A stretch of 20,000 nt of DNA from an uncultured virus (IMG/VR IMGVR_UViG_3300025115_000005) (Duplodnaviria; Heunggongvirae; Uroviricota; Caudoviricetes): the IMG/VR virus record IMGVR_UViG_3300025115_000005; one strand, written 5' to 3'. Below, in pieces: positions 1 through 9,970 of this stretch (position 1 is its first letter; every line of letters begins with the position of its first letter). A model generated the notes under the pieces. That model had not been told where the DNA came from. It ran no database searches and saw only the letters and a program-made list of their open reading frames with translations. Both the position numbers and the translations under genes were made by a program.

Positions 1-3000
1 ATAGTCGCTTAAAACAATAGTTCCTTGAGGAATCTCGTTATAATAAGTATACCCTCCTTCAACATTTTTAATTCTAAAAGCACGACTACCATCTGGCATC
101 GTATAATCTTTTTGCATCGCTGTAACTAATCCCCAGTACCGAGGCATCGTCATTTGATGTAAAGGGGTTCCGTCTTTAATATATTGTTTGATATTAGAAA
201 TCAATCTTGATTCAAAACGATGGGTGCTAAGCATAGCTCTAAGGTTTCTTTCGCTAGCGGTTTCGTTAATGTTCTTGTTTGAGAATGTACTAAGTTGTTC
301 CATTACCCATTGCTTATAACCTGGTTGTACTTCTTCTATTGATTCTAATAAACCTTTGTTAATAACATCTAAGCTTCTAAAAGATCTGTCAGCTATATCA
401 TAAAGTTCTTCTGTTAAGAAAGAAGCTTTAAGTGCATCAGACATCTTGTATGCGTCAACAACTGATCTAACATCTACTGTAGGCTTTTGATAATTACGAT
501 AGTCTTCAATACTTAGATTATTAAATAGCCCAGATGACTTCATGATGTTTAAGAAAGCCTCTTGGTCTTTAGCCGCAGCATATAAGAATCTATTCATGCT
601 GTCTGTACTCATACTAATAGACTCTCTTGACATAGCAGCTTTGTCATTTACTAAGTTCTCTGTCCAACGAATCTTTGTTCCATAAACTTCTCTAGTCATT
701 CTCATAATTTCATATAGCATGTTAGAAAAATCTTTAATGTTACTTTCGTTTTGTCCGAAGTCTTTAGTTAATCTATAAGTTGATTCACCTTGGTAGCGTT
801 CAAATAAATAAGTAAGCATCTTATTAATTTCTACATTACCACCTTCAGATACTGCTTTAAGGAACAGTTGTTCTTTTTCTAAAGTTTCTTTAGTGTATGA
901 GAAAAACTCTCTACTTGAATAGTAGCGTTCCATTTGAAGTTGATATTCACTCAATGCATCTTGAACTGCTTTAAGTTGTTTACCATCAAGCTGTTTTTTA
1001 GATGCTGCTGATTTAGTAAAGTCATTTGACTCGAGTCCTTTAACTCCAACATAAGGTGCAATCTTTTCTAACTCTTTCAGGAATTCTTCATCTGTTGCAA
1101 ACTTATGTCCAAGGTCAGCATAGATTTGTTTGAACTTATTAAGCAGTGATGTATTATATAAGTTCATGTTTAAGAAGTTATCTGAGTTTAACATCTCTTC
1201 AGATAGTATACGTAAGACATGAGCATCTTGCGAAGCGTCATGGCCACGAGTACCTAATTCTTCTCTTAAGGCTTTAACTCTTTCTGCTATACGTGGATGG
1301 TTGGATAAGACATCCATATTGTATTTCAAACTATCAATAGCGTTTCTATCAGTGAATCCAAGGAATGTATAGTCTCTCATTAGTTCAAGGGTATCTATAA
1401 AGTTTCCTTTGATCTTTAAATATACAGGATGAGTTTCTCCTAATAAAGCTTTGATCCATTCAAGATCTGCTTGTTTACCATTATGTGCCATAAAAACAAC
1501 GTCATCATCAAGCTCATTAATAAACTTAACAAACTGTGCTAACGCATCAGACTTGCGAATAGCGGTTGCTTGCTGAGATCTAACTTCTGCGTCGATGTTC
1601 TTTTCTTTTAGGAACTTACGCCAGCTGGAATATTCGGCAGCATTAAATACATCCTGTTCTGCTCTAGCGTGGACGTTGAATGAGCGTGTAGATTTGTCAG
1701 CACCTTCATATACAGCACCTATTTGTAAGAGTTCGTTTGTTACATTATCATCTCTAAGGGCTACTTCAAGGTCAAGGAATACTTTCTTTCTTGCACCAAG
1801 CTCAGCTAGTTTGATGGTTTCTTTTTCTGTAGCAACTGTATCTGTATAAGCTTGTCGTCTTTGTTCAATCATGTCAAATAAATTATACGCAGGAGTTTCT
1901 GTTTGTTTAGCAATGAACTGAATAGCACGCATGTCATTTGATTCTGATAACCATAAGTTCATAACTTTACTTAAGCGATCAAGTTCATCTAGGTTTATAC
2001 GATGTGCTTTAGATTCTCCGGAGATAATTCCATCTACATAGTTAACATCAGAAGGATCCATATCTTTACGAATGGAATCAATAACTTGGTCTAAGGCATA
2101 CTTAAACTCAATAGCGTCACTAAACTCCTCAGGAATAATACCGGTAGCTAGGACTGAGCTTACTCTTTTGACATATTGATTTTGTTCTACGTCATATAAA
2201 TCTGATTCAATACTACGTTTTAAGTAGCTTAGCATAGACTCTTCATTAAGTGTACGTGCGGATCCTGATACGTCGCTGTCTAACCCACCATAGAATAATT
2301 TATTAACGAAGGTATCATCAACCCCAGCACGTTCTTTAATATATCCACGGATGTTTTCAAGTAAGGCTCTCTTAGTTACACGTCTAGATAGTTCCATGTT
2401 AATTAAGTCTTCGGCTTGAGTATAGTACTTGTCAAAATATTGTGCGTACTGTCTACCTTTAGTCATAACGTTTGTTGCCATAGCTTCAAAGAGTTTAGAT
2501 CCTAAGTTCTTTTCATCAAAGCTTGCATAATCTTTAAACTTAATTGTAGATAGTTTAGCTGAGGCTTCTTTTTTATTAGCCGCTATTTGTTCTGATCTGT
2601 CCATGACAAAGACAGTGTATTCTTTTGTAGGATCCAGATCTCTCATAACTCTGTAGAAGTCATTAAGTGATTCAGAAGATCCTTCTTGATATGCACTTGC
2701 ATAATATTTATTTAGTTTAGATACTTCTCTCATTTCACCTGTTAAAGGATCTTTAACTCCAGGTGCTTCAACGATTAAGTATTTAATATACTCATGTTGA
2801 TTATCAATACCTGAGGTAAATGTATAAATCTCCATAGCTAAATCCATAACTGCATCATCAGTTAAGAACGCATCATAAGGAGTAAGTATCTTCTCTTTCC
2901 GAATTGTATTTGCAATCTCAGTAATTTTATTAACCATTGCTCCTGTAGCAATAGCGTCTTTTAAATTTGTGATAAGCATGCGACCTGGATCAGATACCTT

Positions 3001-6000
3001 ATCTTTAACTAGATCAGATTGATACTGCATGATGCCTTCATTTAATTTATTATAAGTATCTAGCCCAGCTGCACGAGCAGAAGATGTTTTAATGAATCGA
3101 TGCTTAAGATTATTCTTTTGCTCTGATACAAGTTTGTTGTATTCAGCATTAACTGTATTTCTTAGGGCAAGTCCTGGTGTTGTATTAATATCATTGTCAA
3201 AGCCTTGTGTATTACCTGGTTGATTCTTAGATAATACTTCAGTAGCATCTTGTTTAACTCTTGTTCTAGATCTAGCAAGCGGATACATCTTAGCTAATTC
3301 TTTAAATTTCTTACTAACCCATTGACGTTGACGTGCATCGGTAAAGAACTTAAGCACTTTTTCATCAGCGTCAAGTAAGTATAGATCTTCAATAGCTCCC
3401 ATACCTAAGTAATAGTCACCATCAGAATCTTTAATTGTATGTGATGCAAGAATATTTTGAATACTATTCTTAGCACTAAGCATTGCACTAGCTGTGGTAT
3501 CAATTAAGATACCTTCCATACGTGATTGAATGTAGTCTACTTCTTCAGAGGTTAAAGGCTCGATTGCTTTAAAGTTATAGTCTGGATTAAGATCAAACAG
3601 ATCTTGACCATTCATATAAAAGTTATCGTAAGCATCAAGTCCTGTATAACCACGGTCAGCGGTATACTTTAATGTAGCTTGCGAACGATCATAAGTAAAT
3701 GTCTTCACAAAGTCTGTGATACGTTTAGCTCTTTCATTTGAGGATAACTTAGATGTTTCACCTTCTTTAAAAAGATCAGCGACGAACTGAATAGCTCTAC
3801 TATCTTGCATAAGCTGGAATACTTTTTTAAGATTTACATTATCTAATCCTGTATTAAATTTACCAAGCTCTTCGCTCATCTTAGCACTGATCTGTAGGGT
3901 AGCTTTAAGTTTATTCTTAAGCATGATGGCTTGAGCATTGTTTCTATACTCAGGCTTATCTAGTTCAGTAAGCATATCTTTAACAGACATAGCCTTAAGA
4001 GTTAAGTCTTTGTTAACCAGGTCTTTAGTGAAAGTTAAAGTCTTATCCTTAGATTTAGCAATCTCTAGTAAGTCTTGACGACCATCAAAGCTTTGAGGTG
4101 TAAATAAGACTTCACCTGGAGTCATCATCATATTATCTGTAGCATCGAATGTCTCAGCTACTTTGTTTAAGATCTCAACTCTAGTAGATTCTAATTCTAA
4201 ATTACTTGGGATAATGTCTGTAAGTTTAATAGTTCCTGTGTAAGCTTTACTGTTACCTAATGTTTTGTTATCTTTGTTATAACCTGTTGCAATATAAACA
4301 CCTTGTTTCTTTGACTCAGCTTGGATAGTCCAGCCAAAAGCTTCAAGCATTTTAATACGAGCAGGATCAGCTTTGAACCACATAGGTTTCATTTGAGCTA
4401 TAGACTTATTCATACCGAACATACGGTTAAATCCTTCAGCCAACCATTCAAGCATCATGAAGTTATGAAGGTCTGGATCTTGCTTACCTTTAAAGTTTAA
4501 TCCACTAGTAACAGCTTCGGAATATTTACCAAAGGCTTCGGAGTTACCCCCAATCTTACCTTGTTTCTTAAGAGCTATCATGAGCATGTGGTTAACAATA
4601 CCGCTAGCGTATTTTAAATCATTTGGATCATCAAAGCTTAAATACGTACCCATTAGGTTACGTGGATTAATGATAGTGTCTTGATCAATCATGACAAAGT
4701 TGTTGAAGGCCATGTAAAGTTGTTTACCTACATCAAGGTTACGCTTGAATCCTGGCATCATTTCTAAGACAAGAGGTTCTGGAATGAAAGGCTTAGTTAA
4801 TCTGAGTCCTGTTGTTCCTCCTGTGTACTTAGTTACACCGGGGATATTTGAATCTCCTGACTGTTTAAACTCTAATGTGCTATAGCCTAAATTTTCAAGT
4901 AGACCAGCAAGTAGTTGATCTTGAGTCTTTAAATCATACTCAAGCACAGCGTTGTCTTTGTTTAAAGTAATAAGTTTATTTAGATATTGAAGCTGACGTC
5001 TAAGCTCATAGTTTGTAATGCCAAGCTCACGTGCTGCTTCTTGAATATCTTTTTCAGTAGTGCCTCTAGCTTTTTGTTCTTTAAGGATATCAATCTTTGT
5101 TTGAAGTTCTGCTTGAGCTCTACTCATAAGTGCAGAAAGATTAACTTTAACTATGTTTGAAGGTTCTACTTCGTAAGCATCGTCAAAGTAATATTGAACA
5201 TACTGCTTAGCAAACTTCTTCATCTCAGCTGCACTAACAGAAGTTAAGTTATGAGCACGAGCGTATTCATAGAAGTTAGTAAATGTTTTTGGATTTGCTT
5301 TGTATTGAGCAAGCATCTTATTTACAGCTGCCATCATGTCTGGAGATTTACTAAAAGCTTTCTTCATTGCTTTCTCTAAAGTCATACCACGTTGTTCTGT
5401 GATAGCTTCAGTAAGTTTAGCTTCTCTACCATAACCTTCTGCAATTAACGCACGCATCGTAAACTCTACTAATTCTTTAGGAGTAGTAATGTCAAAAGAC
5501 GCACGGTTTAATTTGCGGTAGTAAGTATCCATGACAAGATCATAAAGATTCATAGGTGCTTTACCTAATGCATCCATGACGACTGAGTTGTCAATGTTTC
5601 CTTCCATGTTATTACGCACTTGGTCAAAGATACTTCTGTACTCAGCTGCGTCGCTGTTACCCATGAGTTCTTTAAGTGCTTTCATAGAAGCGGATTTAGA
5701 TTTAGATGTTGTAACTAAAGTTCTAAGATTATTAAAGAAGTCATCAAACGTCGTTTGCTTAAACGTTCTGACATAAATCTTTTTACCTTTAGACTCTTTT
5801 AACTTATATAGACCAATACCAGGTGCTGATAAGTATTTCTTAACATCATTTGTTTTTAAATTCTGACCAAGGCTTTGACGCAGCACGTCAATGAACTGAT
5901 CAATGTATGTAGGTTCTTTCTTAGTAATATACGAACGAACACGTTGGATGTCTGCTTCGGGAATCAATCCTTTTAATCCAACTAAGATATCATCAAGTGA

Positions 6001-9000
6001 CACTGCACTCGATTGCTTTCTAGTAATATGGCCAGCGGCCTCAAGCTCGTTAAGAAGAGTATCAAACTCCTCAGCTCCTAAGCTCCGTCTGAGATGAACG
6101 AGTGCTATCTCAGCGGGATCTTCGAAAGTCGTATTCTCTTCGATCAGCTTCACGAGGTCGATGGTGTTGTCCTTACCAAACTTCTTAACTAGCCAGTTAA
6201 CAGTGGACTCAATTCTTTGCTCTCTGTCCCTCAAGGAGGCTGTCGACAATTGTTTCGTGCTTTCTAATAAACTTAAGAGGTCCGTAAAAGATTTACCTTT
6301 CTCCAACTTCTCTTGAATCTGTGAGTAGAATTTCTCGTTGATGTCACCATTCTTTTTCAAGTCTTCTAACTTACCATAGTTCTTCAAGTCGTTAAGTAAG
6401 CTCATCAATCTTGTAAACACAAGTTTATCTTTTACTCCTGATTTAGATGCTGCATTTGAGACTGCATCAATCTCTTGCAAGATCTCTAAGGATCTACCAT
6501 ACTTGACGAACTCATATCCTACGAATATTGATTCTTTAGATTTAATATATGCACTGAGCTCTGGAATCGAAGCCATGATATATCCTGCCGCTTCATCACT
6601 AATAGCTTTAACATCTTTATCAACAAGTCTTGCTAAGGTGAAGGCTAACTCACCTGTTCCCATCTTGTGTGAAGGGTGACCAATATTAGTCAAGACTTTT
6701 AATGCATTATATAATGTCACACCGTTTCTTGTCTTAGCATCCGTCAAAACCATGAAGGCTGTCAAGAACTTATTTGCGACGATCATACCTTCACCTGATT
6801 GTACTGCTCTATTCTCTAGGTCAGTCACGATCAAGTAAGTTGCTTCTAGTTTCGAATTATCATCTGATAGCTTAATAATGTAAGGATTATCTGGAGACTC
6901 TTGAAGTTTAGCTAATGCGTCCCAAGCTTTAATCAATCTGGATGTCTCGGCTTGGTTAGCTGCACCATCTGCTCCGTTAGGATCACCTTTAGTTTTAACT
7001 GTAATGACTGCACCACGAGTTAATGCATAAGCTGTACGTTTAGCATCACCATAGATTTCTTTAACTTTTTGAACATACTCTGGATTCGTGATGGACTCAA
7101 GCACTGATTTCAATGTGATCTTCTTACCTGTTCTAACTGCTTCAAGTAAGACTTCACTGTTTGCAATCAGCTGATCGACTGTCTTAATATCATAATGCTG
7201 TTCCATGAATCCTTTTAATGCATCATCATTCTTAATTGCATTATATGCATCATTCGCATCCATGTTAAGTAATGCACCGTATTGTTCCATGAACCTTGAA
7301 GTATCAAAGTGAATTGCCATGGCTCCACGTGCATCACGTTTCTTGATTGCACTTAAGTAATATTGTTGATGTTTGCCTAGCACAGGTATATGATCAATCG
7401 CTCTCTTTAAAAATCCTGGAGCCTCTGATGTACTCATTAAGTCAGCCCATGCTTCAGATTGTGCAGCTGCTCTTGTTTTGAACAGCACTTGTACAGCTGC
7501 TTCTTGACGAATCATCTTCTTAGCTTTCTCAGCATTGATCACATTCATCCCTAAGTCTTTAACAATAGAGTTACCACTAGCATCTGCGAAGTTAAGGTCT
7601 GCTTCATTTAAGACCTCGAGCATGGCTAAAATGCGATCGTTACCGTTCGCCTCCATTTTTGTTTTGATGGTTGTTTCTGTTTGATTGATCAGAGATCTTA
7701 AGCTGACCTCTTGTTCAAAGTTTTGATTTTTAATAGCAGCTGCTAAGCGTAAGTCTAATTCTTCACGATAGCCACTGTACCATTTAGTAACGTTTGTTGC
7801 ACCTTGGATCGCACCTAACGTACGCATACCTTCATTACCAGCGAACCCATGTGCACCCAAGTAGCTCATCAAACCAATCATCAGGACCTGGTTCGGATCA
7901 GCTAAAGACTTAAATATGTCACCTACGGTAGCTTTACCGCCGGTTGACATCATCGTTGTTCTGGATGTTAATGTCAGTGCATTCTCAATTGTATCGGCTG
8001 CAATGTTAGCAGCGTATAAGACTTTATGATGTTTAAGGAACCACTTACCTAAATTAGTTGCAATCACCTTTTGTTCAAATTTTTTAGCGACGCCATCTTT
8101 GATTGCTTGTGATACTGCTTCATCTGAGGTATTACCTAATAGTGCATAACGTGTTGCAGCACCCATGTCATCTGTACCACCCGATAATCCAAACGTAATC
8201 ACTGCATTGATCCCTGCGACCATCACAGACTTACCAAGGATCTCACTATCAGATAGACCGGTTTGATTTTGTCTTGCTTTCATGTGTGCCCACATCTCAG
8301 CTCCGTCAACCGCTAAGTTAATCAAAGCTCTTTCTGCGACGTTTGCAAATCCTCTTGAGCCTGCCTTGAAGACCGGTATCCCACCGTTAAGGTTCGTCAT
8401 GACATGCGGTACCTTGACTGCAAGCTGTGCTGCTTTCACCATGGCATGCTTAATTGTTCCTTTAGCTGTAGCGTCTGCGACCTTTGCCAGTTTATTACCA
8501 ACGGCTCCGGTGACAGCACCTAATGTGACGAACCCTACAATGTTACCAATGACGTTCGCTGCACCTAAAATCAAATTGTCAAGCTCCAAGTTGTTCGGAT
8601 CAACATGATAGACGCCAGCGTCTGGTGTCCATCCTTCTTTCCACGCCTGGTAATCAGTATACGATTCAGCAAATGTATCGTCACCCCATGATCTCACCCA
8701 TGCATAAGCCAGACCTCCTAGGTCGATGATTGAGCTTAGCCCTTGCACGAACCCGCTGAACAGGCTCATCGAAAAGTCACCAACCTCAGAGTCTCTTATG
8801 CTGATTCGATCAATCGTCCCATCTGCATTTCTGTAGACCGATGCTGTATATTTTGCCTGAGCTGCTGCCGATCCTGCATCCGCTAATGTATATAATGTCC
8901 CATCCTTGTGGAGGTACATATCTTCAATGCCATCACCATCTGTGTCTACCACTGGGTTGAACCCCATCAGCATCCCAGCTTTATGTGCTCTTAGCACTTT

Positions 9001-9648
9001 GTCCCATGATCCCATCTGCTCTGCTAGTCCGGCCTGATCTTCAAACAGATCTGCCATCACCTCCGCTGTCGCTTGTGATCCTCCCAGCTGTGCTAATAAT
9101 GATTCGCTGTATGGCTTGGCTAAAAATGTATAAAAACTCTCCGCCTGGAAGAGTGCTTCTGATTCTGCTAGTATGCTTGCAAGCGTTGCGTCACTGTCAA
9201 TCGGACTATCGTATAATCCTTGCTTTCTTCTGTTGTACCAATATAAAGGACTCGTTAAATCATGACCGTCCGCCTTCAGTATATCCTTCCCGTACATCTG
9301 ATATAAAAAGTCGTTATACCCTAGCTTCCCTGCCTCGACCATTGCCCAGGCGTCACTGACCTTTTCTTCCTTCAGTGCTAACCTTGCTTCAATCTCAAAT
9401 CCTCTCGGTGCCTTTCCAGCACTCTTCATATAATCTGAGAATCTACTTCCTGGGGCTATCCCCGCTGCCGAGTACAAACTTGTCTTGCGTACCGTCGCTT
9501 GCTCTAAGTCTTTTTCATAGAGTGGCTTCGTCGTCTCAAGAGTCGTTGTCGCCGGCGTGTAACTTTCTCGTACTACACCTGACTGTGCCTCCAATGTACC
9601 TTGCTCTTTCGCTTTGGTCTCATCCGGAGTCATTCTTCTTACGCTCAT
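1..9648 (-). CDS. Giant (>3216 aa, C-terminus outside window) putative virion-associated/ejected multidomain protein with an embedded DEDDh exonuclease domain
   Basis: ATG at 9648-9646 is preceded by RBS GAGGTGA and reads MSVRRMTPDETKAKEQG. Every block I translated (9648-8880, 8580-8160, 5040-3360, 1800-1200, 60-1) is open in the same frame. The ORF track lists no minus-strand ORF here, which fits one ORF running off the edge. The product class is inferred from size and hydrophobic Gly/Ala segments. Confidence 0.93.
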   Translation of the reverse strand, partial: MSVRRMTPDETKAKEQGTLEAQSGVVRESYTPATTTLETTKPLYEKDLEQATVRKTSLYSAAGIAPGSRFSDYMKSAGKAPRGFEIEARLALKEEKVSDAWAMVEAGKLGYNDFLYQMYGKDILKADGHDLTSPLYWYNRRKQGLYDSPIDSDATLASILAESEALFQAESFYTFLAKPYSESLLAQLGGSQATAEVMADLFEDQAGLAEQMGSWDKVLRAHKAGMLMGFNPVVDTDGDGIEDMYLHKDGTLYTLADAGSAAAQAKYTASVYRNADGTIDRISIRDSEVGDFSMSLFSGFVQGLSSIIDLGGLAYAWVRSWGDDTFAESYTDYQAWKEGWTPDAGVYHVDPNNLELDNLILGAANVIGNIVGFVTLGAVTGAVGNKLAKVADATAKGTIKHAMVKAAQLAVKVPHVMTNLNGGIPVFKAGSRGFANVAERALINLAVDGAEMWAHMKARQNQTGLSDSEILGKSVMVAGINAVITFGLSGGTDDMGAATRYALLGNTSDEAVSQAIKDGVAKKFEQKVIATNLGKWFLKHHKVLYAANIAADTIENALTLTSRTTMMSTGGKATVGDIFKSLADPNQVLMIGLMSYLGAHGFAGNEGMRTLGAIQGATNVTKWYSGYREELDLRLAAAIKNQNFEQEVSLRSLINQTETTIKTKMEANGNDRILAMLEVLNEADLNFADASGNSIVKDLGMNVINAEKAKKMIRQEAAVQVLFKTRAAAQSEAWADLMSTSEAPGFLKRAIDHIPVLGKHQQYYLSAIKKRDARGAMAIHFDTSRFMEQYGALLNMDANDAYNAIKNDDALKGFMEQHYDIKTVDQLIANSEVLLEAVRTGKKITLKSVLESITNPEYVQKVKEIYGDAKRTAYALTRGAVITVKTKGDPNGADGAANQAETSRLIKAWDALAKLQESPDNPYIIKLSDDNSKLEATYLIVTDLENRAVQSGEGMIVANKFLTAFMVLTDAKTRNGVTLYNALKVLTNIGHPSHKMGTGELAFTLARLVDKDVKAISDEAAGYIMASIPELSAYIKSKESIFVGYEFVKYGRSLEILQEIDAVSNAASKSGVKDKLVFTRLMSLLNDLKNYGKLEDLKKNGDINEKFYSQIQEKLEKGKSFTDLLSLLESTKQLSTASLRDREQRIESTVNWLVKKFGKDNTIDLVKLIEENTTFEDPAEIALVHLRRSLGAEEFDTLLNELEAAGHITRKQSSAVSLDDILVGLKGLIPEADIQRVRSYITKKEPTYIDQFIDVLRQSLGQNLKTNDVKKYLSAPGIGLYKLKESKGKKIYVRTFKQTTFDDFFNNLRTLVTTSKSKSASMKALKELMGNSDAAEYRSIFDQVRNNMEGNIDNSVVMDALGKAPMNLYDLVMDTYYRKLNRASFDITTPKELVEFTMRALIAEGYGREAKLTEAITEQRGMTLEKAMKKAFSKSPDMMAAVNKMLAQYKANPKTFTNFYEYARAHNLTSVSAAEMKKFAKQYVQYYFDDAYEVEPSNIVKVNLSALMSRAQAELQTKIDILKEQKARGTTEKDIQEAARELGITNYELRRQLQYLNKLITLNKDNAVLEYDLKTQDQLLAGLLENLGYSTLEFKQSGDSNIPGVTKYTGGTTGLRLTKPFIPEPLVLEMMPGFKRNLDVGKQLYMAFNNFVMIDQDTIINPRNLMGTYLSFDDPNDLKYASGIVNHMLMIALKKQGKIGGNSEAFGKYSEAVTSGLNFKGKQDPDLHNFMMLEWLAEGFNRMFGMNKSIAQMKPMWFKADPARIKMLEAFGWTIQAESKKQGVYIATGYNKDNKTLGNSKAYTGTIKLTDIIPSNLELESTRVEILNKVAETFDATDNMMMTPGEVLFTPQSFDGRQDLLEIAKSKDKTLTFTKDLVNKDLTLKAMSVKDMLTELDKPEYRNNAQAIMLKNKLKATLQISAKMSEELGKFNTGLDNVNLKKVFQLMQDSRAIQFVADLFKEGETSKLSSNERAKRITDFVKTFTYDRSQATLKYTADRGYTGLDAYDNFYMNGQDLFDLNPDYNFKAIEPLTSEEVDYIQSRMEGILIDTTASAMLSAKNSIQNILASHTIKDSDGDYYLGMGAIEDLYLLDADEKVLKFFTDARQRQWVSKKFKELAKMYPLARSRTRVKQDATEVLSKNQPGNTQGFDNDINTTPGLALRNTVNAEYNKLVSEQKNNLKHRFIKTSSARAAGLDTYNKLNEGIMQYQSDLVKDKVSDPGRMLITNLKDAIATGAMVNKITEIANTIRKEKILTPYDAFLTDDAVMDLAMEIYTFTSGIDNQHEYIKYLIVEAPGVKDPLTGEMREVSKLNKYYASAYQEGSSESLNDFYRVMRDLDPTKEYTVFVMDRSEQIAANKKEASAKLSTIKFKDYASFDEKNLGSKLFEAMATNVMTKGRQYAQYFDKYYTQAEDLINMELSRRVTKRALLENIRGYIKERAGVDDTFVNKLFYGGLDSDVSGSARTLNEESMLSYLKRSIESDLYDVEQNQYVKRVSSVLATGIIPEEFSDAIEFKYALDQVIDSIRKDMDPSDVNYVDGIISGESKAHRINLDELDRLSKVMNLWLSESNDMRAIQFIAKQTETPAYNLFDMIEQRRQAYTDTVATEKETIKLAELGARKKVFLDLEVALRDDNVTNELLQIGAVYEGADKSTRSFNVHARAEQDVFNAAEYSSWRKFLKEKNIDAEVRSQQATAIRKSDALAQFVKFINELDDDVVFMAHNGKQADLEWIKALLGETHPVYLKIKGNFIDTLELMRDYTFLGFTDRNAIDSLKYNMDVLSNHPRIAERVKALREELGTRGHDASQDAHVLRILSEEMLNSDNFLNMNLYNTSLLNKFKQIYADLGHKFATDEEFLKELEKIAPYVGVKGLESNDFTKSAASKKQLDGKQLKAVQDALSEYQLQMERYYSSREFFSYTKETLEKEQLFLKAVSEGGNVEINKMLTYLFERYQGESTYRLTKDFGQNESNIKDFSNMLYEIMRMTREVYGTKIRWTENLVNDKAAMSRESISMSTDSMNRFLYAAAKDQEAFLNIMKSSGLFNNLSIEDYRNYQKPTVDVRSVVDAYKMSDALKASFLTEELYDIADRSFRSLDVINKGLLESIEEVQPGYKQWVMEQLSTFSNKNINETASERNLRAMLSTHRFESRLISNIKQYIKDGTPLHQMTMPRYWGLVTAMQKDYTMPDGSRAFRIKNVEGGYTYYNEIPQGTIVLSDY
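1201..1790 (-). other. DEDDh (DnaQ/RNase T-like) 3'-5' exonuclease domain inside the giant ORF
   Basis: Translation gives ExoI KKVFLDLEV..ELLQIGAV, ExoII VVFMAHNGKQADLEWI, the FIDTLEL segment and ExoIII GHDASQDAHVL. All catalytic residues are present in the expected order and spacing. Confidence 0.88.
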
Positions 9649-9669
9649 TGATCTCACCTCTTAGTTCCT

Positions 9670-9697
9670 ATTATAGCACAAAGGGGTTCTCTGTCAC
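9670..9697 (-). promoter_or_regulatory. SigA/sigma70-type promoter with extended -10 for the giant gene
   Basis: Minus strand reads GTGACA-N16-TATAAT, with TGTG-c immediately before TATAAT, about 20 nt upstream of the ATG and just upstream of the RBS. Confidence 0.7.
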
Positions 9698-9715
9698 TAC
9701 GATTTTGTGAAATTT

Positions 9716-9970
9716 AAGGGAGGGTATGCTAGAAGTATATATAGAAGGGTATATTCCCATATATATGTAGAAGTAGTATAGAAGGGTAGTAGTGAAGAGG
9801 TGGGGGGTGGTATCACTAGTGTCCAATTACTAAATACCTCTCTCACCTCTCACTCTCTATAACACTTAACCATACCCTTACATATACATAGTCACCATTA
9901 ACCACTTGACTATATTAAGATAGATTAAACATACTCATATCATATCTCATTCATATAATCTATCACGTAT
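9716..9970. repeat. Low-complexity strand-asymmetric block (G/A-rich then C-rich) with short TAGAAG(GG)TA repeats
   Basis: 9716-9812 has very few C and contains TAGAAGTA/TAGAAGGGTA four times plus a G6 run. 9825-9965 has very few G. Confidence 0.7.

Noticed and set aside
8925..8950. DTDGDG motif as a polymerase active site
   Set aside because: Context VDTDGDGIEDMYL fits a Dx[DN]xDG Ca-binding loop or a simple turn near the N-terminus, not a catalytic barrel.
1595..9710. Six + strand ORFs in the track (1595, 5576, 5903, 8282, 8985, 9375)
   Set aside because: They lie antisense to the giant minus-strand gene, lack an RBS and have Ser/Leu-rich shadow composition.
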